Below, piece by piece: positions 37,151 through 49,449 of a DNA stretch of 64,000 nt; the stretch's first letter is position 1, and each line of letters starts with the position of its first letter. The notes under the pieces are model-generated. The model saw only the letters and a program-made list of their open reading frames with translations, had not been told where the DNA came from and made no database searches. Source of the DNA: Antedon mediterranea. Lineage: Eukaryota; Animalia; Echinodermata. The translations under genes were made by a program, and so were the position numbers. The stretch lies in contig NC_092675.1 in assembly GCF_964355755.1 (NCBI RefSeq), positions 25,702,912 to 25,766,911 of the forward strand, in the 5' to 3' direction.

Positions 37151-40100
37151 ATGTTGTTAAGAATATATATTATCTTAACTTTATTGAAGCTTGTTGAATC
37201 GTTCGTCGACGAATAATTATTCTTATGGTAAGTTGTGCACTTGTGCTATTGATTTATTAATAAAACTAGGAACTCCCTCCCTGGTTCTCGGAATGAAGGT
37301 TTTAGAAGGACATTCTGGCCTGGACGTTTTCGGGCGGTTACCATTATTGAAATGCTTGATATTCATAAAACTAAACCTACTACTAACCTGTTTCACAGTG
37401 TCTTAGATGATTAATAGTATTTTAACGTATAGTGTTTATTGTTTGGTAGGGCCATTATAGGGTGGAGGTGGGGATGCGGAGTTAATTTGAGGAAGGTGCT
37501 TATTCGAGGGATACGTTTATTTTTTTAGTTTTAATAATATGGTAATATTTATAAATAAAAGCCTCTAGATATAAAAAGTGGTAAAAAAGAATAACAAATG
37601 CTTGGTAAATTGTAGACAACAGTCCGATGAAATATACTACAAATAGTATAATTGTGTTATAAATATTATACAATATTGTGTCTATAAATGTGGATGGGCG
37701 TTTATAATATTTATCGGCGATTCTTATTTTAAGTGACGTTTTATTGGCGAGGTGTTCCGGGCCTTTTTTCAAATAAATACCATCCTAATTGGTATAATTA
37801 ATACATTATTCCGCGACACAGTGGGCCGTTTTGGCCAAAGATGGAAGATGTTTTAGACGGCTTGCAACATGGGCAGAAGTATCCCAGGGTCCTAATGGGA
37901 CACAGATAGCGCACAGTATATGCATAAATCCTGGCAGCTTACTCACCAACTCGCCTATTGGAGTTTTACTCTATTTCAAACAAAAGCTCCTATCATCAGT
38001 TCTCCCAATGTAATTGTATTTGTGAGGGCGTGTGGCGCAGTGTTTTGGACGTTCGACTACTGATCGTGAGATCGAGGTTCGAATCCAATTCTCGCCGCAT
38101 TGCTTGAATCCTTAGGCAAGATACTTTACTTACGTTTGCCTCTCCACCCAGGTGTATAAATATGAACCCGGTTAGATCAAAAAGACACAACTTTGCGCTG
38201 ATTACTAGATGCATTATGACAGTATGTTTCCATACGTGTTTGATCCAAAAAATGACTGGGGTAATAATGTTCAGCGCTTAGAGGTTTCACAACATAAATC
38301 CAGGATATTATTATTATTATATACTTATTCCCCACAATATACTCCTATGCTTTATGAATATATTTACTTTGATCTTTATCAATGTACTCTACTGTACCGA
38401 AAATTAAAAAAAATAAATAAAATGGCTATCGCCACCAACGGCCAACTTAATTGAAACCAGGAAAGTTGCAAGGTGAACCCGAAAATTACTTACTACCGCT
38501 TAAAAATCTATGTTTAGCGGTATGTATCCAAGGCGAAGATTTGTCCTGAAACTTTTCCATTGTGCTCGCCTATGTCAGAATTAACCATAATTTATAATAT
38601 ATAAATATCAAATAAAAAAATTATGTGTTTACAGCGCTTTGACTGCTTCTTTTAGACGATATATTTCATTTCATTTATTTATTTCACTTTACAAATATAT
38701 AAATATAAAGTGGAAGAGCCTAAAAGAAAGCAAAGCTTGTGGTGAATAGGCTCCTCAAAATATATAAAAGAAATTGTTTTGTTACTAAAGACGCAACGCA
38801 AGGACGTAGACGCAACGCAAGCGAGTTGACCAATGGCAAGCGGCAGTTTAAATAATTCATCGCTTGTGATTGGGCAAATCACTTAAGTTTGGCTTACGTC
38901 ATTGCGTTGAGTCTTCAGAGGGATTTACATAACATCAATTCCATAATTATCAAAATAGCTGTCTCAACGACATGGCACTAAATATTTCGGTATAATAAGT
39001 AGAAAAAACTCAGTCTTCATTGTGTGGTGCTTGTGCCTCACAACCATTATTTGATTCAAGGTCCATTAAGCACACTTATGGATCCAATGTTAATGCCTGA
39101 TAATGTTGTACATTGACCAAAAGAAAAGATATTTTCACACAGAGCTGCTGGTTACAGGACTAAGAAATGCAACACAGAGTTCAACGCACGGACCAGGTGT
39201 TGCAAATCGAGCAGTTGATGGCGGCAAAAACGAAAACTATTTGCTCATTCCTGCTCCCATACAATTAAGTAGGCCTAATCATACCTTAAACTAAGTAAAA
39301 TTAGGTGATAATTATACAATGTAGGCCTACTTTCAAAATCATTCATTGAGACATACAGAAAGTAACAATACTGATGATAATAGGCCTAACACCTTTTAGC
39401 TTATTTGGATCCACTATATCAATGTACTCGTGTACGAAAAAGTATATTTCAAATGCGCTCAATGGCTGCACACCAAATGTACAATACGATACGATAGTAT
39501 TTATTGTCATTTATTACAAGAAGGTACAAATAAAATTTGGTTGGTTGATTTACATTTCATATAAATACAATAACAAAGAAATTACAGAACAAATGTAATA
39601 CGACATATTATTTTAAAACGATGTTTTAATTTTGGATTAAAACCAAAGGTTACATGATGTCTCTTTCAATTGCGTAAATATGCGACTTATGATTATTAAT
39701 GATTAAAAAGTTCAATCCATCTCTTTATTTGCATTTTTTTAGCACATGAGACAAACCCTTGGTGGTATGTTGATCTCGGATCATCAAGACTTATTGCAAA
39801 GATTGTCATATATAATAGGGATGATTGTTGTGGTAAAAGCTTTAGCATTTTATTTTACAAATGTAAATCCTGCACGCATTTCAGGTCGGCAGCTCAAATT
39901 TTAAAAAAAGGAGACGGGATCCACCCGATTCTCAGTACTGAGATAGATTTATTTTATTATACATATGAATTTAATACAACCCCACTAACTGTGTTTCACA
40001 TGTATATCCTAGTACCATACACCATAAACTAACATTTTATGATACAGTCACCGTGTGTGATACATATGCTGTATTACCAAAAATGATACAGGGCAAATAT

Positions 40101-41860
40101 TGTAGAATATACAGCATTGAGAATCCGATACAGGATCATATCAGCTTGGAATTTGTTATGATTTACAATTTACTATTCTGTCTTTTAGAAGGTCAGTACG
40201 TTAGTGTTTACATACCAAAAATGGAAGCTCAGTCTTTTACTATTTGCGAACTAGAAGCATACATAGGTATTTATATTTTTAGACAATTTAATATACAGCA
40301 CAGAAAAGTTCTTACTATAGGTCACTGACAATGTTAACCCGTAAAGCCGTCGATCCTATTAATATATAATTGCATAGAAGATGATGTGTAGGAAATTGTA
40401 AATAATTTTCTTGAAAAATAGTCATTAATCTCATATCGATAATTGGTTAACATCAAAATTCACTTATCAGATAAATTAAGGCAGTCTTTCAAAAATCCAT
40501 CTATCACATACAGATACAGGGAGCCCTTATGTTTTTTTGTCCAAACGACATTGAGGTGAGCTCTGAAGTGGACCAGAACGTGAATGCTGCTTCATGGTAT
40601 AGTCTTACGGTTATTGACAATTATTTCGTTGACAATCACATAGTAGCCACTTGCTCAAAGCCATCTGGTTCCATATTTGAAGTCGGGTTCACCAAGATTA
40701 ATTGTTTGGCAACTGACCAAAGTGGAAATGAAGGCAATTGTTCGTTTGTAGTTCATGTCAGAGGTTAGATTTTGAGTTTTCTTTATTGTTGATATTGGAA
40801 GATAGTAGACCCTGCGCATACAAAATGGTGGATTAATTTAAATTCTTGCTGTCATTTTATCTATATAAAACATACATATCATTATAATAAAGGTCGACCG
40901 GAATGTTTTCATTCAAATTCAGCATGTTAATACTAGCCAAGTACTACTAAACAAGTTAAAACAACAAAGTCGAATACGGTACTAGTATGTAAAACGTTGT
41001 TTTCTAAAATCAAACGTAAGTACACTACGTCTACGCATTATATCGACACTTGTTTGTTTATGGCGATGTTTTACACTAATTTAAATTTCTACAGTAAACT
41101 AAATTTAGATGACAAAGGGCCTACCCTCACTTGTCCCGAACACATTACCGTGAACAATGACGTTGACCAATCTGAAAATCCTGTAACTTGGAACGAACCC
41201 ACAGTAATCGAAAACGTACATAAAAATATATCAGCAACGTGTTCACATGCATCGGGATCAAATCTTTGACGTTGGTTCAACTAATTGTCACGTGTTCAGC
41301 AACAGACGGTACTGGAATGTAGGAAGTTGTTCGTTTGTTGTCCATGTCATAGGTCAGACATTCCGTTCAGGTAAACACTTAATTAAGATTGTTTAATTGA
41401 CTGAAGTGGTATTTCCATTTAGAACCGAAACAGTACTTCAATCTCCAAACTGTTTCTCAACCTACAATCAGAACGTTTGATGGCAAAATGTTATGGGAGA
41501 AACCTACTGGGGTCTACCTATATCTATTTTCTATTACTTATAATATACGGTGCCTAATATAACATAGTTACATACAGACTTAAGATATGTGTACCTTATA
41601 TTATTTTAAAATAAATGTTAGCAAGATCTTTTCTTCTGTAGATGTCCCTATCGTGATGTGTCCTCATAGCATCTCAACGTGCTCGGAAAAATCCTTGCAA
41701 CCAGTGACATGGAATGATCCAAAGGTGATGAACGATTTTATATCGATTTAGTAGCAACCTGCATACCTTCATCTGGTGATCTCTTTTCACGTGGATCAAC
41801 ATTCAACACAAGTCACATGTTCAGTAACCAATTCATTTGGAAACAAAGGCAACTGTTTCT
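37151..41860 (+). pseudogene. F-type lectin-HYRx3 receptor, copy 6, multiply disrupted and 3'-truncated
   Basis: Signal exon 37151-37227 has an in-frame TAA. Lectin exon ~39143-39264 has a 1-nt deletion and a GT>TT donor. Exon 39743-39832 is intact. Only the 3' half of the third lectin exon remains (~40180-40266). HYR1 40514-40763 is open. HYR2 41109-41370 and HYR3 41642-~41860 are frameshifted. No TM or tail exon. Confidence 0.88.
38024..38320 (+). mobile_element. tRNA-derived SINE in copy 6 intron 1
   Basis: A box TGGCGCAGTG, B box GGTTCGAATCC, body TCCTTAGGCAAGATACTTTAC...CCTCTCCACCCAGGTGTATAAAT, L2-like tail CAGCGCTTAGAG plus (TTA)n. Confidence 0.75.
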
Positions 41861-42116
41861 TTGAGCGAGCATAGTCAATGTTAATGAGTTCAACTACAAT
41901 TATGCCTAAGCCTATGTCAGGGAAGAGTAAGATTAACTCTTCCCTGATTATGTAAACAAGATATCATGCTAACTTGTAAATAATAATAAGGTAAAAAGCC
42001 AATAGAAAAAGGTCAATGTAATAAGACACAATTCATTGTTATTTGGCACCGGAATAAAATCTCCAAACTGTGCCAGTACCAAGTATGTAATGACGTTGTT
42101 TAATAGATATACCGGT

Positions 42117-42222
42117 GATGACGTAACGCGGAATCTCCAATTGGAATTCTTTTACCTTGGCACGGAAGTAATATATATCTGACCATCTTGAAAGTTAAAT
42201 ATCAAGAAATGTGTGTATAAAA
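42117..42222 (+). promoter_or_regulatory. Putative proximal promoter of copy 7 (bZIP, CCAAT, ETS, TATA), conserved upstream of copies 5 and 6
   Basis: TGACGTAA 42119, CCAATTGG, CACGGAAGT 42161, TGAAAGTT, TATAAAA 42216; same order at 36975-37078 and, with changes, at 32615-32734. Confidence 0.6.
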
Positions 42223-42319
42223 AATTGTGAGCCTATAAATAAGCATTAAATATATGCTGAAGACACATTGGTGGATAATTGTTACTTCACTTTACTTGCT
42301 TTTACTAAATTAATGAAAC

Positions 42320-45300
42320 ATGAAGTTTAGAATATATATTCTTGTAACTTTATTGTCTCTGGTTGAGTCTTTCTTATCCAGAAGCGGCACAAGTTCTTTC
42401 GGTAAGTTGTGCATCCGATTATTTAATAAAAATTGCTTGACTTAACTTTCTTAACGTTTTTTTAGTATCTGATACTTAAGGTCAAGGTGTCACATCCATG
42501 TTGATACAAATCCATCAAGCAAACGCGTAAATCCGCCTAGTGTAATATTAAGTATGATATTGTCAACTTGTATTGCCTTTCGATGTCTTTTCCATACAAA
42601 AAGACAACAACCCTACACAATTTGTTGGTTATCCGCTCTTGGCGGATAATTGGTTATCCGCTCTTGGCGGATAACCCCTTGTTATTGTCAGGATCTTTTT
42701 TTTTTTTTTTTTTTTTTTCGATATTCTTCTTTCTTTCCCCGAATTTTGTTCGCAGCGTATCTCTAATTCTTGCTGACATAACATTGCATAACTTTGTCAT
42801 AAGATTGACCTATAACTTTAGATGTGCAGCCAAGCTTTTCGGTGATTTAGGAGTTGCGCAGCGTAAGTTACGCGCGATTTTATGAATTTCAATGATTGAT
42901 CATAGATTAAAAACCAAAAGTCATTTTCTATTGAAACTTGGTAAAAATTTAAGTCATATTATGCGCAAACTTTCTATGGATTAAAAATGGCATGTTTTAC
43001 ATAAAGTTACGCGCGCACGCGCTTTCAAAATTTCAAAATGCGCAAAATTCATTTCTAATCATTTTTCTACGCGTTTCATGTCATTTTGAGCATTTCAAAA
43101 TTTCCCACGCGTGCGCAAATTTTGTACGCGCGCGTGCGCACGTGGCGCAAAAACATCCCTTTTTTGCTTGATTTTTGTTTTTTCAGCCTTTTCTAGTAAA
43201 TTTATCAATTTTCAATCAATTTCGACTTAAAATCACGTCACACGAGCTCGTAGAATTGGATAATTTGCGCGCGTTTTTGATGAAAAACTTCAAAAATTTG
43301 TCAAAATTAGACCTTTTTTTAAACAGTCATAAATTCTAAACTACATTGTGAACTTTTTTTAAATTACATATTCTGGAAGTAGATGAGTTTTATTTCTTGA
43401 ATCATGCATTGATATGGCTAACCGGACATTGTGACGTCATCGTATGGGCACCCGAATATAAAATATAGGATTTTTTTCTCTTTCGTCATAGCTCGTCGAA
43501 TTTATTAGAGCGCATCTCTACTTATCCGTCTTCAATTTCCCCCATTTCTTTATATTGTCTAAGTTCATCAATTATCTTTCACATGATTTGCCATTTGCAA
43601 AATTGTGATGACGTCATCATGTCCAAAAGCGTCAATTACTTTGGTCACTTATTTTCATCTATTCTGAACTGTATGTAGTAGGTATGTATAGTGTTATTTT
43701 GTATATACTTAGACGTGACACAAAATAGAGGGCACACTAACATTTTTTCAATGGCATAATCGTTTTTCTGCGCGCAATATTCTAACGTATGACGTGCACG
43801 TGGCTTTTGCGCTGCGGATAACCTAACTCGTCCATAGTGACGAGTTCAAGTCTAGTTTTTATTTAGAGCTGGTTTCACGATTTAAAAATGCAAATCAGAG
43901 TTCAACGCATGGACCGGGTGTTGCAAATCGAGCAGTTGATGGCGGTACAAATGGAAACTATTTTGCTCATTCTTGTTCTCATACATGTAAGTACTATAGT
44001 GAACATTAATTTATGAACAATTGTGTGATACCGACCGGGCTCAATCTCTTAAAAGAACACATATTGGACAAAAATCTATCAGTTTTACAGGAGTTAAGTT
44101 ATGGAACAGCTTATTAAAAATTCTTTAAATTTATACTCATTTAAAAATTACTATCAAATATTTATTTGACGAAATGCCTAAAAAGATTTTATATTTTTAG
44201 ATTACTTCCGATTTGTGTTCTTGTAATGCTAATCTTTCACTGTATTAGTCCTATTAATGTGCCTTTTAGTTTTGTAATTATAGTTAAGTTCCATTAGTAA
44301 ATTGATCAACTTCAAACTTCAAACTTATTTCACTATTTACCATCTTCTTTTAAAGTAAATTATTCTTGTTGTTGTTATTGATAACTTCTTATTACTTACT
44401 GTTTTTAAGGGTCTCGGCTTAAAACTTTGTTTATTTAAGTTCCCTTTCCATAACTTTTTGATGACATATTTGTTCATAGTTTTATGGAATACATTGATTT
44501 TAATTGATTTGATTGATTGATTAAATGCGACTTTTATAATAAAATAACTTTAAAATTGCGTATTTTTTCTATTATATCATTAAGTACATGGACGGAAAAA
44601 CCCGTGGTGGTATGTTGATCTCGGATCATCGACAACTATTTCAAAGATTGTCATATATAACAGAGATGACTGTTGTGGTAAGAGTTTTAGAATTTAGTTT
44701 TACTCATGTAATTATTTCTGTATTTATTTAAACGAAAACTAATTCAAAGATTGACATTATATTACAGATATTATATATTGTTTGAAGGTATGTATGGCGA
44801 AATCAAATGTTAATATAACGTTTGCGGTACACCACGTAGGCCTACATTTTAGAATTTAGTTTTTAATAACAAGACTAGTATAGTCAGTAGGCCTACATCA
44901 ATTAAAAAAATAAGATCAACTAAACAAGTTGATGTACATGTTTTACTTGTAGAGGCAAAGGTCAAATTTCAGGTTTACCTTTACAATTATAACAAAACAA
45001 TTGTTCGTTCAATTTTAAGGAGACCGGTTAGATGGAGCCGTTGTGAGTGTAGGCAATGACAATGTTTCACCTTTTAGAGGAAATTCCCAATGTGGATCCA
45101 CAATACGTAGCAGCTCATTGTACAGCCGTCGCATAGAACTACGGTGCCAATCAGAAGGCCAGTACGTTAGTGTGTATGTACCAGGAACGGATGCCCTGTC
45201 TCTTTGTGAACTAGAAGCATACACAGGTGTGTACTATATAAAAACAAACAATTGATTGACAACACGAAAATAGTATTACAAACACAAGATCACAGATCAA

Positions 45301-48300
45301 AAAGATATATTAAAGAAGCTATTTGGATAAAAAAAACCATGACAACAACAAAGAAAGAATAAGGCACATACAAATGATAAAATATTTAACATCTGATAGT
45401 CCCTGAATTAGACTATTGGAGGGCAAACACAACACCCTTAGCAACCAACAACAAATAACCTGTCATTGCCCCAGCGAAACGTAACAATACGTCAAAATTT
45501 CGGCTTACTCAATTACAAGTAATTGATACTTATCTAATAATATTGAACTATTAGTGACGTGATTAACGGAAACATTTTATAGTAACTCATACATCTTTGC
45601 AGACATACAGGCTCCTGAGGTCTTGTGTCCAAGTGATATTGAGATAAGTTCTGATGTCAATCAGAATGTGCATCCTGTTAGGTGGCAACCTCCTATTGTT
45701 ATTGACAACACCGCCCGTGTAGCCATTTGCTCAAAGCCATCTGGTTCCTTATTTGAAGTTGGGTTCACCAAGATTACTTGTTCTGCAACTGACCCAAGTG
45801 GAAATGAAGGCAATTGTTCGTTTGTAGTTAATGTCAAAGGTTAGTATTTAAGAATATTAGTCGCTTTACACAAGCACTGAAAGTTACCGGTAATCATTTC
45901 CTCTGTAAATGTGTAATTTCACTCCTTCCTGGTAAAACACTGCAATGACAACGATTTTCCACTAGACGAATTTGTTCTCGCGAATTGAAAGCGTCAGCTT
46001 ATACGCATGCGTAGAGATGGATTTGGTAGATGGAAAATATATAGGCGTAAGGTTTTATAATTTTCGCACGTCATTACAATATTGGATACTCGACTAGACT
46101 GTTTTTTTTTAAAATTCAGATAAATAGCATCTAATCCTCTGGAGTGTGATTGCTAAACAATTATAATTATTATTAATTATTTTAAGAATGGTACTAATTC
46201 AGCATGCATTTATGACTATTTGGTTTTTTATATCTATAGGCCTACAGACAATTTGTTTGTGGCAAAAATGAGAAATATTAATATACCGTAAAAAAAATAA
46301 ATTAGTAGATGCGTAGTAAAAACACTAAAAACCAACGTAAGTATGGTACTTGCACTTGCACTTGCTTGTGACGTTTTACAATATATTTTAAAACAATGTT
46401 TACAACATACTAAATTTAGATGTCAAAGAGCCTACTCTCACTTGTCCCGAACACATTACCGTGAACAATGACGTTGACCAGTCTGAAAATCCTGTAACTT
46501 GGAATAAACCCACAGTAATTGACAACGTACATAAAGATATATCAGCAACGACGTGTACACATGCATCGGGATCGATCTTTGATGTTGGTTCAACTATTGT
46601 CACGTGTTCAGCAACAGACCGTACTGGGAATGTAGGAAGTTGTTCATTTGTTGTCCATGTCATAGCTCAGATATTCCTGTCAGGTAAATTTTTAATAAAG
46701 GGTTTCCTTTACTCTACTACTATGGAGTGAGTGCAGAATCTGTTTGGGCTTTAGCCTATTCTCATTCCTGGTTATTTTTTTACATTGATGACTGAATAAA
46801 TATTATTATTATTACAGTATTATTATTGTTATTACTCTATTATCATTGGTGTTACTTTTTAGAACCGGAACTGCACTCCATTCTACAAACTGTTTTTTAA
46901 CCTACAATCAGATTGTTTTAACGTGATGGAAGACAACTGTGGAAGTTCCACTCTAAATTATCTTTTATAATACACTTAATTAAATCATACGTCCACTACC
47001 TGATATTTAAATCAAAAACTTCCTTTCTTTTGTAGATATACCTACCGTTATGTGTCCTCACAGCATCTCAGCGTGCTCGGATAAATCTTTGCAACCTGTG
47101 ACATGGAACAATCCAACGGTGGTGGACGCCGTTGATATCGATTTAGTCGCAACCTGCATACCTTCATCTGGCGATCTCTTTGCACGTGGGTCAACACAGG
47201 TGATATGTTCAGTGACCAATTCATTTGGAAACAAAGGCAACTGTTCATTTTTAGTTGATGTTACAAGTCCCAAAGCACCACAGGGTATGTATACATATTT
47301 CTACATAAGTCCTTCTACGTCTACATCTAACCAACAGTCCGCTCTAAATTATAATCATACAGGACGTGTACAACATTCTTTGAGTGTATATATTTCATTT
47401 CATTTTTATTAATTACACTCTGTATGATACAAACAAAAATTGATAACAGAAAACGTGCATGTTCTATTCACTGCAATTAATATGTTTTTTTATTTATTAT
47501 TAAGTTTAATAAAACATATAAGCTCACTGTAGTAATTCTCGTTGAGCATAGGGTTGTTTTGGTTTTTTCTAATAAACCAATCCTTCACTTTATACAGCCC
47601 GAAGCAAACTTACGATATATGAATTTTATCTTTTTCGTTGGCATTATACATCTTAACTTGTTTATAAACTTATCTTTAAAGCTTTAACACAAGATGATAA
47701 TGCGTCTGACGTCACACGTGGCTACCTGATAGCAGCCGTTGCCGTTCTTAGTGTCATGGTATTAATCTTGGTATTAACAAACATCATCATAGCAAGGTTT
47801 GAGAAGTGATTTTCTTTCATTTACCAGAAATAAAAATATAGAGATAAATGACATGTAGATGTCAAAATCAATTATTAAAAAAAAAAAAAATTACGCAACT
47901 GAACTTGCAAGTAAAGGTAAATTATTTTACAGGAAATAAATTGAATGTATTAGAAAAAAAGACATTATTAAAGTAGACGTATGTAACTAAAAAAGCTATA
48001 TGATGAACTAACTTACTACAATTTGAGTGGGAGTAGGCGATATACTATACAGCGATCTTGGCAGTAATTGTGGAACGAACATGGCACAGATGGAAAACAT
48101 AAGAATGTTTTTTCTTGCAATTTCTAATGAATAATAAGTATTATCAAATTGAGCTGATTAAGCGGTAAAAGATACTGTTTTTGGTTCAACAAAAAAGTAA
48201 AACATTTCTAGATTTTTAATCAATACGCCTAAATATTTTATTTCAGATACTATAAACGCAAGTGTGACAGCTTAGCTGGAGGAATTATAATGAAAATGGA

Positions 48301-48325
48301 GGATAACAACGCTTCTTTTAATTAA
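42320..48325 (+). CDS. F-type lectin-HYRx3-TM receptor, copy 7 (~481 aa)
   Basis: Exons 42320-42401 (MKFRIYILVTLLSLVES signal), 43867-43986 (QSST...ANRAVDGGTNGNYFAHSCSHT), 44585-44677 (PWWYVDLG...NRDDCC), 45020-45226 (GDRL...LCELEAY), 45603-45839, 46420-46683, 47036-47284, 47682-47796 (TM), 48247-48325. Total 1446 nt, open frame. Confidence 0.9.
42625..43856 (+). mobile_element. Helentron/HINE-like element in copy 7 intron 1
   Basis: Duplicated 5' palindrome TTGGTTATCCGCTCTTGGCGGATAA (42625-42674), 3' subterminal GCGGATAACC, hairpin ACTCGTC-CATAGT-GACGAGT, then CTAG-TTTTT; CpG-rich interior. Confidence 0.78.
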
Positions 48326-49037
48326 TAGAAGTACAAAAATACCACACATTTTACAAAACTATTATTTATGTAAACATTAAATAAAAAAGGTTATTTAGGC
48401 CTACTAACAGTAAGCCCAGAGGTATTCCAACTAGTTTTATGCCATTTTTTTCAAGGGAGGAATTTCAGACATTTAAAAGTTAAAATTACACTTTAGGAGG
48501 AGGTAAGCTCACTTGATAAACTACAGTGACAAAACAGAACCCCAACAATTCATGATCAACTTTAATTAAAAGATTAGAAAAAATGTTAAACATATATCAT
48601 TATTATTGATAGATAGATAGATAGATCGACTAATGTACATTTAAGATAAGTGAGACAGTACACAAATGTAAAAATGTGTTCGACTTTTCAATCCTGTTTA
48701 AATATAGTTGTGAACAATGCTTTTTAAAATGTTACTATTATATTGTATATATTAAATTTAGGTAAAACTATAAATACATTTCTAAACCCTAACTAAATTG
48801 TTTTATTTAAACTATACAAATATACAATTTTAAAAAGTGCCTAAATTTAACCTTATTTTAGAATTTTAACACATATTTTGGTCCTTTTGTGTAGGCTTCA
48901 CCGATCGGGATAGAATTGCTTCTTCTTATGTTTTAGAGAGTTTGGTTATTCTATTTGTATGTGTATTCTAAAAATAGATATTTTTCAACATCAGCAGCGT
49001 TATTTAAATTACATTATAAACATATATGAAACTATTC

Positions 49038-49416
49038 TTATTCTGTAGGACTACTTGTTGATACTCGAATGTTTCCCAGAAATCGGCCAGCTGATTCAAA
49101 TACGGGGTCAGCAAATGTCCTTACACAGTGTGACCAACTCTTGCCTACCCAGTCAAGAGAAACTACCCACATCTTAAGACAAGGCATTACATACCAAATG
49201 TGACAAAACGTTAAAAATGCAAATTGAATTCCTGTAAGAACAACCAACAACAACATTCTATTAAAATTAAACTGTGTTGATTAGACATTGCACCAACCCG
49301 ACGTTGGGCTGCCTTATACAAGCTTCGCTTTTTAGGAATCTTGCCCCTCTTATTTTAATCATTTTTACTGTTAATTTTTAATTTCTATGAAAGAAAAGAA
49401 GAGAAATAAATGTTAC

Positions 49417-49449
<33 letters not shown>

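Noticed and set aside
38024-38100. tRNA gene
   Set aside because: A and B boxes are present but no clean cloverleaf, and it continues into a SINE body and tail. The same applies to ~10375, ~31355, ~50125-50187 and ~55127-55177.
658-48325. One giant hyalin/EBR1-like gene with many HYR repeats
   Set aside because: Each unit has its own signal exon, TM exon and stop codon, so these are separate genes.
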